The notes below the pieces were generated by a model, which worked only from the letters and a program-made list of their open reading frames with translations, was not told where the DNA came from and made no database searches. DNA of 64,000 bases from Octopus vulgaris (Eukaryota), in the NCBI GenBank assembly GCA_951406725.2, contig OX597817.1, positions 58,838,001-58,902,000 of the forward strand, given 5' to 3'. Numbering within the stretch: the first letter of the stretch is position 1; every line of letters begins with the position of its first letter. This document shows, one piece after another, positions 37,065 through 51,319 of this stretch. The position numbers and the translations under genes were made by a program.

Positions 37065-37436
37065 TGTATGAATAACAGCATCTAAAAGTAAACTAATGGC
37101 TCTGGACGGTCATATTGTCAGATATATTCGTTCGTGTTTTCATTTATTTTAATCCTGTCCAATATTGTTTGAATTAATGCAAAAAGTATTTTTGTTGTTG
37201 TGTTTTATGGTTTTTTTGCAGTTCTGTTATTACTCTACAACTTTTGCTTTTCATTTTTGAAATTTGAACATGCGTTATTTCTTTTAAAAACATGTGACGT
37301 TGGGTGGGGGTGGGGAGTAAAAGAACGAATTTATCAGACAACCCAAAATTTGACACGTACAGAATTCTCTCTGCGCTTCTAGTCTCCTTGACCATTGATC
37401 CGTGAATTTTCTCACCACACACACACACACGCACAC

Positions 37437-37467
<31 letters not shown>

Positions 37468-38488
37468 CACACACACACGCACACACATGCGCATGCACAC
37501 ACACACGCACGCACACATACACAAACACGCACACACATGCAAATACAACGCACAAATATAATAATCATTTTAATTGAGGAAAAGAGAAAGCAAATCAATG
37601 TTACGTATGTTTCGGTGAACGAATGTTATTTATTTCAAAGTTATACAATTCATTTAATGTTCGTTCACTTTTCAGTCACTCTAATTTGAAACGCAATAAG
37701 CTTATCATATCTACTTGATATACACGCGCTGGAATTGGCGAAATGTTCCTTTAATAATTGTCCAAATTATATCGAATCATCCTTTGATTAATCAAAAAGA
37801 TGTAACCATTTACGCTGCTATCCGAAGTCTATGCTTCCCAGATTCCTGCGTGAAGTTCTACTGAGGTGATCGCCTGGATTTAACTTATCTCTTCATATAT
37901 TATTATTACTATTATCATCATTATTATAATAGTACTTAATTTTATCGACCAGGGAAAGATGAAAGACAAAGCTGACCTCGGCGAGATTTGAATTCAAAGC
38001 ATAAAGCGTCAATGCAAAACATTTCGTCCGACGATCTAATGTTTCTGCCAGCGCACCGCTTTCGCCCTTCTTCTGCCAAAACGTTCTCCTACAGACACAA
38101 AGCGCGGAATTTGGCAGGAAGGAGTTAATCGATTACATCAGCCGCAGTGTTCGATTTGTACTTATTTCATCGATGCTGAAAGGATGAAAGATCAAATCAA
38201 CCGCCTCAGAATAAACCTTCTTTGAATAATAACTGCTTCTAACATAGGAATCAGGCTTGAAATTATGAGTCTGTTGTTAAACCGATTGAATTGATCCCAC
38301 CACCATGCCAAAAGATCAACGGCAAAATTGATTTTGGCGGTATTTGAACTTAGAACGTAAAGATCCGGAATAAATATCATAAAGCATCCTAACTATTCTG
38401 CCAATCAATCACCATTTTTTTCAGCTCAAAGAATAACACCAGAAGTATGATTGCACGTAGAGTAGGCACCAGCTTTAAAGGCCACGCT

Positions 38489-38580
<92 letters not shown>

Positions 38581-38765
38581 ACATTATATTCACTAACACA
38601 TAGATTTTCTAACAGATAAAAGGCGGTGTTGTCGCAATTTGGATTGTTGGAACGTCGCCATCTTACGATGGCGGCGCGCAGAAATAAACAGACGAGAGAA
38701 ACATAAACTGTATTCAATATATTAATATGTGCCTTGTACCTTTGGTATGTTTAAGATATTAACCT

Positions 38766-39354
38766 TGTTATGAAAACGATTCCTCGCACTGCCAGGTGGA
38801 TGAAGAACACACCCAGAGTGTACTAAATGACTTCAGAGCACATTCCATTTACGATAAAATACAAACTACCATTGACTACTCTTCCTCGGCGTCCCGTAGG
38901 AAATTACCTGTAGTGGACACCAAGTTTTGTGCTGTTTTAAGACAAAGGCAGATTTATTATTGGATCCGGCTATCAGCCGAGTCCATTGTGAAAATCGTCC
39001 CGGGGCCTCTTTGGTTAAATCCTGAGCAAACTTGTTGAGAGGTGGGTGAGAGTGGAAAGAATGGTCCATGCAAAGGGCCTTCCTCTGAGCATGCGCGTGA
39101 AGGTTGAGGGAGGGGGAGGAAAAGTTGGTTCTAGCTATAAGTGATCAGAATGACCATGGTTCTGTGGGGTCTCCACGAACAGTCTTTGGAAGTCTCCCCC
39201 ACTTCAGGGAATTTTCTTGGTTGAATATTTTCGTTTCTTCGTTTCTGTTATTTTATACTGTTCACATGCTTTCACATAAACTCACATCGTGTCATATAGT
39301 TTTGCGTCGCACTGTACAGTCCTCGGTCTTCTTGTAAACCCTTAACGGTTAACA
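38766..39354 (+). mobile_element. Possible solo LTR
   Basis: About 590 bp bounded by TGTTA...TAACA, with an internal TATAA. No direct TSD is seen. Confidence 0.3.
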
Positions 39355-39707
39355 AAGGATTCATCATCATCATCATCATCATCATTTGGTAGAATCGTTA
39401 CTTTCGCCGGATCAAATACACAGCGGCATTTCTTCCGGTCCTTTGTGTTCTGAAAACAAATTTCGCCAAGGTCGACTTTGCCTTTCATCCTTTCAGGTTC
39501 GATTAAATAAGTACCAGTTACGCACTGGGGTCCATATAGTCGACTAGCCCCCTTCCCCCAAAGATTTTACCTAGAGTAGAAATAATTATTAAGAAATCAA
39601 CAGGTTGGCAGAATCGATATCGCATCGGACTAACTGCTTAGCGACATTTCTTCCAGCTCTTGACAGTCTGAGTTCAAACTCCGCCGTCGCCACGCAGCAG
39701 CAGCGGT

Positions 39708-39742
<35 letters not shown>

Positions 39743-40244
39743 TAGTAGTTCATACTGCTGCAGAAACTGTGACAATAACAACGGCAGTGACAAAGGCGGT
39801 CGTAAGAGAAGTAATAAACACGAAGAATATAAAAAAAAATCTGTTCTTCCCTTTGTGTTTTTAATTAATCGCAGAAACAGGAAGTTACCAGAATTCCTTG
39901 GTGCCAGTGGTGTGAGAACATGATATTATTTCATTACGATTCCCTCTAGTTTGGAAAGTGAGGAAATTGAAATGGAATATTGGAAGCTTGAGAATTAAAC
40001 TGGAACATTTCACAGAATGTGTGAGTCTTTGTGGTCAAAGTTCTAAGAAAAAGTGGAGAAAAAGAAAAAAAGAGAAGAAAAAGGTAAGGAAATTAGAGTG
40101 AGATCAAAGAATCAAAGAACTGTAAGGAATGGATTTCTTTTGGAATTGTCATGCTTTGCTAGAAATGGGTCTTAGAAACAGAGCGACGATTCTGATAGAA
40201 TTATTATTATTATTATTATTATTATTAGGTAAAATATTTTGTGT

Positions 40245-40275
<31 letters not shown>

Positions 40276-41739
40276 CAGAGATAGAAGGGAAGAGAGAGAG
40301 AGAGAAGGGAAGAGAGAGAGAGAGAGAGAGAGAGAGAATGGTCACCTTTCTAGTGATCAAAGAACACTGACGGAATGGGGAGGATATCTCAAAGGAAAAA
40401 TAATTAAAGTTCTTGATGTTTGTGAGTTAAAATAATATTCTATTCCACCATCGAGTGCTGTATTTGCCGGTTTATAAGACACACTCGCATAAGATACATT
40501 CCTATTTTCCAAGTATATTTTATGAAAAAAAAAAAAAAAGCAAATTTTGTATGTTTTCATCATACACTCCTGGAAAGAAATTTTTTAGTGCTTTTGTTAG
40601 ATTCTGTGCATGTAAATACAACGTTGAGGGCAGTATACAGGTAGAGTGTACGAAAATATAAATTTATTACAATTAAACAACGTCTTTCTGACCATCGGCT
40701 GCCAAACCGAGCATGGTTCTCTTTTCAATATTCACTGTCTGAATATTTTTTATGAAATAAGAAATGAAAGACAGTGGATATTCAAAAGGGAACTAGCTTT
40801 GGTTTACCAGTTGATGGTCGAAAAACGAACAACTCTCAGAACTGGAAATCGGAACCTTTCACTTATTACACACACACACACACATAGGCTCGAAACGTAA
40901 AAGACTTTCTCAATTCCTGAGCGTTATACTAACACATCTGTTTGTTTTGTACACAAACATCGTCTTTTGTTTTTTTTCGTAAACTCTCCCTATATATATA
41001 TATCAACGAAAAGATCCAGTGAAATCCGTGAATGTAGACTCAGTAGAACTAGTGGTGATCCGGGTGGAGTGCTGGTATGTGGATGAGAAGAGGTGCTGAA
41101 AGTTCGGGAAGTGGTTAAGATATGCAAGTCCAAAGAGTAGGCAGTTCAGTCAGGATCAAACTGAGGTAACCTCGTGAGCGTATAATATATAGCTGAAATT
41201 TGCCGTAGACTTGGATGGAATTCAGAACTACATGCTTGCAAACCGAGCCTCTTACGAGCACAGCTGTGCCTGCATAAGTAAAGACCGATATCTTTTAACA
41301 GGAAGCACATATTAAATCTGAAATGTAAAGATATTTTAACAGGAAGCAATTCTAATATTTAACATTAGAGCATTTTTAAACAGGAAGCGTATATTAAATG
41401 TGAAACGAAAACATCTTAAAGGTCTTTATGTAACGTGTTTAGAGCCAGTCAGTCTGGCTGCGCTGAGCGGAATCTATTCGAGGGTAGTGACAAAGATCAA
41501 CAATCATTGATATAAACAATACATGGAAAGAACTCACGCAACAAGGAATCGAACCCAAATCACATACTCTGCATACTGGGAACTTTCCACTACTTTATTA
41601 TGCTTTCGCACAGAAAAGCAAGTCACGTAAAACGTGCAACCTATCAAATGATATATTACTGACACTGTTAAATTTATGCTGGTTTCTCCTAGCCTACTTT
41701 CGACTCTCCGGGCTCTTTACTAAATTGCTTCCCCCTTCC

Positions 41740-41971
41740 GGCACCAGGACAAAAAAACCCACTGGACAACCCCACCCCCCGGATAAAGTCCTCCGGCAGT
41801 CAACATCCTCAATAATATTGTTCTTTTTTTACAATAAAATATTTCGGGAAAATTAAATTTTATAAAAAAAAGTTTTAATATTTATTTGTTGATATTTTGG
41901 GGTAAAATTTGTCCTCTGGGGATTTTGTCTCCGAGAGGATTTTGTCCCCGGGGGGATTCTGTCCTGAAGCC
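41740..41971. mobile_element. MITE with GG termini and inverted subterminal GGACAAAATCCCC-like repeats
   Basis: GGCACCAGGACAAAAAAACCC ... GGGATTCTGTCCTGAAGCC, with repeated GGATTTTGTC units. No TSD recognised. Confidence 0.6.
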
Positions 41972-42619
41972 AGCGTTCAACTACATTTCATTTGATTCAC
42001 TTGACTGACTGCAACTCCACAAGTTTCATCTCACCACGCCACCGATGTTATCGAGAGAAAAATGCCGCAGAATTGGGCGTTATAGCTTAGAACCAAAATC
42101 ATCGCAAGCGTTGCTCTTAGGAAGGCAAAAAGCCCGAATATTGCACAAGGTGGTGGAATCTGGTTTAAGCATCCCATGTAAACCCCCTCATACCGTTTTT
42201 ATTTTTAAGAATTTTCGGAAAAAATTTGCGAATTTGTGTTCTAGACACAAGAATTCATAATCAAGAATTCAAGTGGACCCCAACACGATTTCGATTCAGA
42301 GAACAAAACGACGAAACTGATGCTCTAATTACTCTGCAAATTCACCCCCGCCATCAACATCACCACTAACGAGCAATGATGTGTTCATGATATAAATCAA
42401 ACTTCAAATATAAACCAATTATTGGTTACAGGTTACTGCCGTCATGCTGGAGCACCGCCTTTAGTCGAACAAATCGACCCAGGACTTATTCTTTGTAAGC
42501 CTAGTATTTATTCGATTGGTTTCTTTTGCCGAACTGCTAAGTTACAGGGACGTAAACACACCAGCATCAGTTGTCAAGTGATAGTGGGACGAACACTGAC
42601 ACATAAATATATATACATA

Positions 42620-42680
<61 letters not shown>

Positions 42681-43375
42681 CGGGTTCTTTCAGCTTCTGT
42701 CTACCAAATCCGCTCACAAGGGTTTGGTCGGCATGAAGTTATAGTAAAAGACACTTGCACAGTGGGACTGAACCCGGAACCATGTGGTTGGGAAGCAAGC
42801 TTCTTACCACACAGCTACGCCTGCGCTTATAAATATCAAAGTAAATGAAATGTAAGTACTGTCCCCAGACCTAGAATTCGTGGGCCTGTTACCTTGCTTT
42901 CATAGCGTTTAAGTGACTGGGATCCCAACATTTCCCCTAAACGGGGCACCAATCCGTTGCACGGTTATCCATTTAGAGTTCAACGGAGTAACGTAAAATG
43001 AAGTGTGTGGCTCAAGAACACATGGCAGCACCCTCGCGGGAATCGAAACCGCTAACATGTTCACAACTAGGCCATGCGCCATCGTGATATAGTTCTTAGA
43101 GATCAATTAATGCTTGATAGTCAAGTCCCACGTGTTGATGCGTATCGTCGAACAAGTAATCAAAGATACACAGATTTGACCTTTGCGTTTCCGGTTAATC
43201 TCGCAGACATTGTCTAAGACAAAAAGCAAAGATTCCGAAAGCTAAAACGGTAAAGACCGAAATAGAAGCTGAACAATTTTAAGCAAACTGAAATGAAACA
43301 GGTGGCGACATCTGACAATTTACTAAGAATCAAACAACTCAACTTACTCTCTCTCTCTCTGTCTCGATCTATCTG

Positions 43376-43434
<59 letters not shown>

Positions 43435-43569
43435 GTCTGTCTGTTGGTCTGTCTGTCTGTCTGTCTACTTATCTATTTATTTATCCACATATCGATTTAC
43501 GTATTTGTTTATCGATTTGTCAATCACTCTCTTCTCTCTCTCCCATCTTTTCTGCCCTTCTTTCTCTAT

Positions 43570-43638
<69 letters not shown>

Positions 43639-44029
43639 AATCTTTCTCTCCTTGTCATTCACTCTTTCTTTCTCCCATTAATTCCTTCTTTCTTTCCTTT
43701 TTCTTTTTCTTTTTCTTTTTTTCTTTCATTTCTCTTGCTTTCCTCTCCCGTCTTGCCATTTATTTTATTCTTGTCTAATTGTCTGAGGGCTTACCTATCT
43801 GTACAACTTTTACCTACCTACCTACCTACCTACCTACCTACCTACCTACCTACCTACCTACCTACATACCTACCTACCTACATACCTACCTACCTACCTA
43901 CCTACCTACCTAACTAACTAACTAACTAACTAACTTCCGATATACCCACTAACTTCTTATCCCACCCCTCTCTCTCTCTCTCTCCCTCTCTCTCCCTCTC
44001 TCTCTCTCTATCTGTCTATCTATTTATTC

Positions 44030-44110
<81 letters not shown>

Positions 44111-44758
44111 GGTAGCTAGCTATCTGTCTGTCTATCAGTCTGTCTGTCTGTCTGTCAGTTTGATCACCTATTCCCCACCACTTTCCCCTCTTTACACTTA
44201 TATATATGATTGTGTTTGTGTGTATATATATGTATATTTATAGGAGTGGTTGTGTGGTAAGAAGCTTGCTTCCCAACCACATAGTTCTGGGTTCAGTCCC
44301 ACTGCGTGGGACCTTGGGCAAGTGTCTTCTACTATAGCCTCGGGACGACCAGAACCTTGTGAGTGAATTTGGTAGATGAAAACTGAGAGAAGGCCATTGT
44401 GTGTGTGTGTGTGTATTGGCCTGCTCGCTTAGCCAGCGGGGTGGCGTCATTCGAAGGCTAAAACAATGCGAACGCATTGTGACCAGCGATGTGTAGCAAC
44501 ATCTGATGGTCTGGTCGGTCAAAATATATATATATATAATGTATTTGTCTGTGTTTGTCCCCCCATCATCGCTTGACAACCGATGTTGGCGTGTTTACGT
44601 CGCCGTAACTTAGCGGTTCGGCAAAAAAGTCCGATAGAATAAGCACTAAGGTTACAAAGAATAAGTCATGGGGTTGATTAGTTCAACTAAAGGCGGTGCT
44701 CCAGCATGGCCGCAGTCAAAGGACTGAAACAGGTAAAAGGATGAAAGAGAATATAATA

Positions 44759-44810
<52 letters not shown>

Positions 44811-44829
44811 TACATATAGTTAGATAGAC

Positions 44830-44907
<78 letters not shown>

Positions 44908-45659
44908 AGGTATACATGCACACATACATACACAGATATAAATTTGTATTATCTGGTCTCTGTATGTGTGTGTAGACATATATATTTGTGTTTGTGCGCA
45001 AGTATGCGCACGCATGTGTGAATGTGTGTATAATTATATATATATGTATGTTTGCACGTATGTATGTGTGTATATGACAATATTCTGTACCCGTATATAT
45101 GTATGTCTATCCGTCTATCTATCAATTGGTCCATTTATCTCTTTCACCGTCAGTCTGTCTGCTAGAATAAACAAATCAAAACCGTGTACAATGATTTATG
45201 TTATGTTACCAATCAAATAAGTATCAGCTGTCAGAGAAAGAAATAAAGAAAATATCCAGAATGGAAATATCTCGAAATGAAGACTATGAGAGATGCTGGA
45301 ACTTACAGCAGCAGAAATATAATACGCAATAAAAGACGACTTTATCTCCTGCAGACATTGTCAAGTTGGCGAATTCGGCTGAGTTTATTTGTCGTATGTC
45401 CTGCGTTGAGAATAAAGAGAACATTGAACCGGGGTCTTGGGATTCTGCCTTGGTCGGAAAGAAACAGTTTTGTCTTTTTGGCTTACTCTCACCACCATCT
45501 ATCTCATCGGAATCCGGGTTCAAATTCCGCTGAGGTCGGCTTGACCTTTCATCCTTTCGGGTCTACAAAATAAGTACCAGTCAGTTAGTGAGGTCGATGC
45601 AGTCGACGAAACACCTTCCCGAAAACTTCAGGTTTTGTGCTTATAAATAAATAGAAAGG

Positions 45660-45807
45660 TTTTTTTTTTACCCCCGCCTTTGCGAAGGCAGAGGTATTGT
45701 TTTCAGTCGTGTTTGTTTGTTTGTTTGTCCATGGACAAGATATCCCAAGAACCGCTGGATGGATTCGGATGAAACTTTCAGAGATGTTTGGCCTCGTTAC
45801 TGGCACG
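45660..45807 (+). mobile_element. DINE-1-like fragment
   Basis: T-run, then ACCCCCGCCTTTGCGAAGGCAGAGGTATTGTTTTC, (GTTT)n, and GGATGGATTCGGATGAAACTT. Confidence 0.6.
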
Positions 45808-45879
45808 ATTTTGCCTTTCATCTTTTCGGGGTTGATAAAATAAGTACCACTTAAATACTTGGATCGGTGTAGTCGGCTA

Positions 45880-46650
45880 ACTTCCTGTGGAAGGCAACTA
45901 AGGTAGTCCAGAAAGCATTTAAGCGGTTGGAAGACAAAACCCTCGTTGGGAGCGTGGCACATGGTAGGCCTCGATTCGGAAGCTCGACAACAATACGATA
46001 TGACACGGTTAGCATGAAGGAGAGGAGGGAGCTGGTGCAGTGGGGTGGGGATGGGGGCAAGCATCAATGGAAGAAGAGGGTGAAAGCAAGTTGTGGTGAT
46101 GTGGAAAAAAGGGTGCCTGGATGAAGTAGGTGTAGGCAATCTGGAAGGATTTCTGACTGTAAGGACCTTCACAGGTCTAAGTTTTTGATCAGTGGGGGTG
46201 CGTTTATAACGTCGGTCTTAATCTATGTAACCCGCTGACATAGGGCTCAGTCAGCACCCTTGTATGTGCACTGTGTTCTAAGACAGGTAACCTTGAGCAT
46301 TTATAAAGCAGTCGATCCAAGGCCCTTAATAAGGGTAGGTATCGCTGGAGACACAATCAGCTCACCGTGACCATCGCTAAGGCAAGCAGGAAGGGCATCA
46401 ACGACAGCAAAAATGGCAGCACTACTGAGAGAAGAATAGCTTTTGTTAAGGAGAGAGAGGAGGGGGAGAAAACAACGAAAATAGCCAAGAGCGTCTTGGA
46501 GGGATTACTTTCCACGGTATAAGACTGGGCGATGGAAGCTGATCTGGAGAAACAGCTGAAGTCTTCGGTGCAACAAAGAAGCTGGTCCTTCTGGAGGTAA
46601 CTATGCCCTGGCAGGAAAGAATGGGCAAGGCTCAAAGAAAGGAGAGGAAT
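45880..46650 (+). mobile_element. Decayed HERO-clade (RLE-type) non-LTR retrotransposon fragment
   Basis: WKATKVVQKAFKRLEDKTLVGSVAHGRPRFG...KERRELVQ; zinc knuckle CALCSKTGNLEH; ALNKGRYRWRHNQL; DWAMEADLEKQL; LVLLEVTMPWQERM. Stops and frameshifts are present. Confidence 0.75.
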
Positions 46651-46705
46651 AACTGCTTGATTGCAAAGCGAGTTTCTTAAAAATACAGCCATGCCTGCGC
46701 CCATA

Positions 46706-46766
<61 letters not shown>

Positions 46767-46927
46767 TATAAAATGAGATAGGGGTTGTAAATTCAACCCT
46801 CCATGGGATAACATATATCCAATATACTGCTAGAGAGGTACCCAACAAGACTAATACATAAATGTTAAAAATTGCAGTGCAATTAATTCATCTACTGTAT
46901 TATGTGGGCAAGGGTATTTTCTCATTT

Positions 46928-46961
<34 letters not shown>

Positions 46962-46991
46962 GTGATGTAAGTCTTTGGTATAGCAATTGCA

Positions 46992-47085
46992 TGCGGCTGA
47001 AGAGAGCTTTAAACCATCTGTTACGTCGATTATACATTGACGTAAGAATAGGTTGTTTTATAAAGCTTGAAACACGTGTACCGTG
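46992..47085 (+). ncRNA. Type I hammerhead ribozyme motif with intact core and long stem II (Penelope-like pseudo-LTR remnant)
   Basis: Stem I GCGG/CCGT; core CTGAAGA (46997-47003); stem II GAGCTTTA/TAAAGCTT with distal hairpin TTACGTCGAT/ATTGACGTAA; GAAA (47069-47072); palindromic CACGTG; cleavage triplet GTA (predicted cut after 47080). The ~160-bp element is flanked by (TA)n on both sides. Confidence 0.8.
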
Positions 47086-47118
47086 ACATCCTTTGTGTTC
47101 TGTTTTTTTTATTTCATT

Positions 47119-47265
<147 letters not shown>

Positions 47266-47269
47266 TATC

Positions 47270-47549
47270 ATCGTGACCGACCAGGCTATCAGATATTGCT
47301 ACACATCGCTGGTCACAATGCACTTCGCATTGTTTTAGCCTTCAAATGACGCCACCCGGCTGGCTAAGAAAGAGCGAGAGAAAGTTGTGGCAAAAGAGTA
47401 CAGCAGGGATCGCCACCACCCCCTGCCGGAGCTTTGTGGCGCTTTTAGGTGTTTTCGCGCAATAAGCACTCACAACGCCCGGTCTGGGAATCGAAACCGA
47501 AATCCTACAACCCCGAGTCCGCTGCCCTAACCACTGGGCCATTGCGCCT

Positions 47550-47551
<2 letters not shown>
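47270..47551 (-). mobile_element. tRNA-derived SINE family 3
   Basis: Minus strand GGAGGCGCAATGGCCCAGTGGTTAGGGCAG...GGTTTCGATTCCC (A and B boxes). The tail fragment also occurs at 44415-44521. Confidence 0.8.
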
Positions 47552-47606
<55 letters not shown>

Positions 47607-47617
47607 CATGTGTGTGT

Positions 47618-47666
<49 letters not shown>

Positions 47667-48048
47667 ATATTATGTATGTGTGTGTGTGTGTGTGTGTGTA
47701 TGTATATACACACACATATTCAGTACAAATGTTTTGCATGTTTGTGATCATTTTTCTTTTTTATGTTTAAGAATTCTCCCAAAACTGCGCATTTGTCTGG
47801 AATCACGCATGTGGATCTTAATCCTGATGTCAATAGATGACCGGAATGGTAAAATTGTGGCTACATGAAATATAGATGAAGTAGAAGAATATATCGATGG
47901 TTTCGTTTCGGAATAGGTTTCTTTCCATGGAAACTATTTTCTGTGAAATCAAATTGATTATCGAAATATTATTTCGTGTTTTTGCCATTTTACTGAATTT
48001 GCTGTTTCTGTACTCGCCATAGGGAATTACCGAAAAGTGATTAAAACG

Positions 48049-48510
48049 GAAGAAGAAGAAGAAGAAGAAGAAGAAGAAGAAGAAGAAGAAGAAGAAGAAG
48101 GAGGAGGAGGAGGAGGAGGAGGAGAAGAAGAAGAAGAAGAAGAAGAAGAAGAAGAAGAAGAAGAAGAAGAAGAAGAAGAAGAAGAAGGAGGAGAAGAAGA
48201 AGAAAATAGAGTCCAGATAAGAATGTATTCTGATTTTCAATAACATCATATTTTCCAACACGAAAAATTTTTAAGAATCTTTTAATCACAAATGTCATGC
48301 TATCAGACTTTGGACAAATGCAAAAATGGTAAGTGTAACATTTTTATATTTAATAAGGAGGAGGAGAAAGAGAAGAGGCAGGAGGAGGAGGAAGAGGAGG
48401 AAGAAGAAGATGATGATGATGATGATGATGATGAAGAAGAAGAAGAAGAAGAAGAAGAAGAAGAAGAAGAAGAAGAAGAAGAAGAAGAAGAAGGAGAAGA
48501 AGAAGTGGAG
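48049..48510. repeat. (GAA)n/(GGA)n/(GAT)n microsatellite cluster
   Basis: Seen directly: two tracts separated by ~150 bp. Confidence 0.99.
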
Positions 48511-49135
48511 GAGTAGAATGAAGAGAAAGGGGAAGGAAGAAGAGGCGGAGGAGAAGAAAGAGGAGGTGGAGTAGGAAATTATTTTGAAGAAAATATTTGG
48601 AAATCCGAATAAATATGTCGAACTAAACACTATGGAGTATTAAGCTACGTCCATTTATATTCTACGTTCAAGTAGATACAGGTATGGCTGTGTGGTTCAG
48701 AAACTCGCTTTGCAATCACGAAATTTCGGGTTCAGTCCTACAGCGCGGCACCTTAGGCAAGTGGTCGATCAATGCCTCATGAGTGAATTTGATTCACGGA
48801 AACTGCGAGGAAGCCCGTTGTGTGTATATGTGTGTGTTTGTCTTCGTATCCGTGTTTGTCACCCGCTACCTCTTGGCATCTGCTGTTAGTTTGTTTACGT
48901 CCCGTAACTTAGCGGTTCAGCAAAAGAGGTGATAGAAAAAGTTCCAGATTATTAAAAGGAAAGCAAGAGCTCCAGCATGGCCATCTTTATAGTGACAATG
49001 TGACCATATATATAGTCACAATGAGGATATTCAAACGTCTTATAGGAATATTTATCCAAGATAAATATCTGAAAACCCTGAAGAGTTTCCTTATAAGGTA
49101 TTTAAAATACAAAATTATATTTCTATATATATGTT

Positions 49136-49542
49136 AGGTGCAGGAGTGGCTGTGTGGTAAGTAGCTTGCTTAACAACCACATGGTTCCGGGTTCAGTCCC
49201 ACTGCGTGGCACCTTGGGAAAGTGTCTTCTACTATAGCCTTGGTCCGACCAAACCCTTGTGAGTGGATTTGGTAGACGGAAACTGAAAGAAGCCCGTCGT
49301 ATATATGTATATATGCATATGTATGTGTGTGTCTGTGTTTGTCCCCCCAACATAGCTTGACAACCGATGGTGGTGTGTTCACGTCCCTGTAACTTAGTGG
49401 TTCGGCAAAAGAGACCGATAGAATAAGTACTAGGCTTACAAAGAATAAGTCCTGTGGTCGATCTGCTCGGCTAAAAGGCAGTGCTCCAGCATGGCCACAA
49501 TCGAATGACTGAAACAAGTGAAAGAGTAAAAGAGTAAAGAGT
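49136..49542 (+). mobile_element. SINE family 1, full length
   Basis: Colinear with 58892-59330. Confidence 0.9.
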
Positions 49543-49882
49543 ATGTTTTGTAATTTCAATCTTCTTGTTCGATAAATGAAACAATTGTTGGTTAATATGT
49601 TGATTAATTAATAAATTGATTTCTATCCATTTGAGCTCTCGGTTTTCTAACTCAAACACACACACACACACACAACCTGGAACTCATTTTCAGTATTTTT
49701 TTCTCTTATTCATTTCCTGGTATAAAAGCTTCGGGCTACATTTTTTACGAAGAGAAAAACATTCACAAAAACAACAATATGCTTCGGTATGTTATATTAT
49801 TGTAACATATATATACATACATGTTGCTAAACATTTTATGATTCATTTAGTCGACACATGACATACAAACACATTACACAAA

Positions 49883-49933
<51 letters not shown>

Positions 49934-50161
49934 GTTTTTAATGGGTTCATTTGCCAGTTTGTTTTTTATTTACCAGCAGCAAATGTTAGTAGGAAGTTGA
50001 CTGCAAAAGTTAGCAAGTTTGACTTTGCGCAACAATGCAGCTCACTGCATTCCTGCATATTGCTGTCTTAATCAGGAAGTCTGTGGGAGAAGATCAGATT
50101 GTGATAAACGCGCCATTGTCTATAGAGAAACCACTTTAAATTACATCAGTCGCTGTTACTG

Positions 50162-50215
<54 letters not shown>

Positions 50216-50719
50216 AGCGTATCTGTATGCATGCGTACGTGAGTATGTATGTATTTGTATACAGACACGCACACACATTTATTTATATGCACATACGCAC
50301 ACACAAACAACACACTCATATATACATACACAGATAAACGTAATGCAAACCAGTTATTTCTTTTCTTTTCTTTTTTTTGTTGTTTTTGATGGCGTATTAT
50401 TTGAAAGAATATCTCTTTGAGAAACATGCAGTTTTCGCCAAGCTGTGAAAAATAAAGTGCCTACGAGGGCCTATAAAAGGATAGTTCACCCGGGCACTCA
50501 CTCACACACACACGCACACACACATGCACACACCCGTTGAGCACTTGTATTCTTTATATGAAGCATGACAAGTGGTAGAAAGTGGAATTATCTCTCTACG
50601 TAGATATCCTGACAGGGGTTGACTGCGAACGAACCGGCTTAATCACCGACAAACAATCGCGAAGCAAAAACCAGCAGCGTTTACCAAAGTGCCACGGCCC
50701 AAACCATAGCATTTTAGTT

Positions 50720-50967
50720 GTCCTTTTCAAGCCTAGCCAGGTTCATGGGCCCGGTTTCCCGGTTTCTGTAGCGTATGTGTTCCCCACCAACTGGACGGGA
50801 CGCCAGTCCATCGCAGCGTTACTCATTTTTGCCAGCTGAGTGGACTGGAGCAACGTGAAATGAAGTGTTTTGCTCAAGAACACAACGCGTCGCCCGGTCC
50901 AGGAATCGAAACCACAATCTTACGATCATGATGCTGACACCCTAACCACAAAGTCACGCGCCTCCAC
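50720..50967 (-). mobile_element. tRNA-derived SINE family 4 with V-domain-like core
   Basis: tRNA head GGAGGCGCGTG..GTGGTTAGGG..GGTTTCGATTCC and core GCGATGGACTGGCGTCCCGTCCAG. Decayed relatives lie at ~42900-43085 and 55600-55790. Confidence 0.75.
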
Positions 50968-51013
50968 AAAGCATAGCATTGCTTCATCTATAAAAAGTTG
51001 CAGATGCTATAAA

Positions 51014-51319
51014 CAATAGGTTCTCAAAGTAGGCGCTAACGCCCCACGGTGGGCGTTGAGACGGTCCAGTTGAGCGCTGGTGCCTAAGGGGGCGGTAGAG
51101 AAAAAGGAGGCGTTGGGAGGAAGGCAATGAATTGGAGGACGCTATGAATCTATTATAATATCATCATAATATTATAAATAAATTATATATTATATTAAAT
51201 ATCAAATGATTCATAGTATATATAAATTAGTAAAATATAAAATATTTATTTATAGATAAAAATAGGGGTATTGTGTGGCCATGAGGGGGGCGGTGGCCCC
51301 AAAAGTTTGAGAACCTCTG
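51014..51319. mobile_element. hAT-Charlie-like MITE
   Basis: ..AGGTTCTCAAA / TTTGAGAACCTCTG; TSD CTATAAAC/CTATAGAC. Confidence 0.75.

Noticed and set aside
47440-47551. tRNA gene
   Set aside because: A and B boxes are present, but the sequence continues into a SINE body and no proper cloverleaf or terminator is seen; the same applies to the other SINE heads.
49000-49125. CTGAAGA with small hairpins next to a TA run
   Set aside because: No GAAA or stem III follows, so it is truncated and cannot be called.
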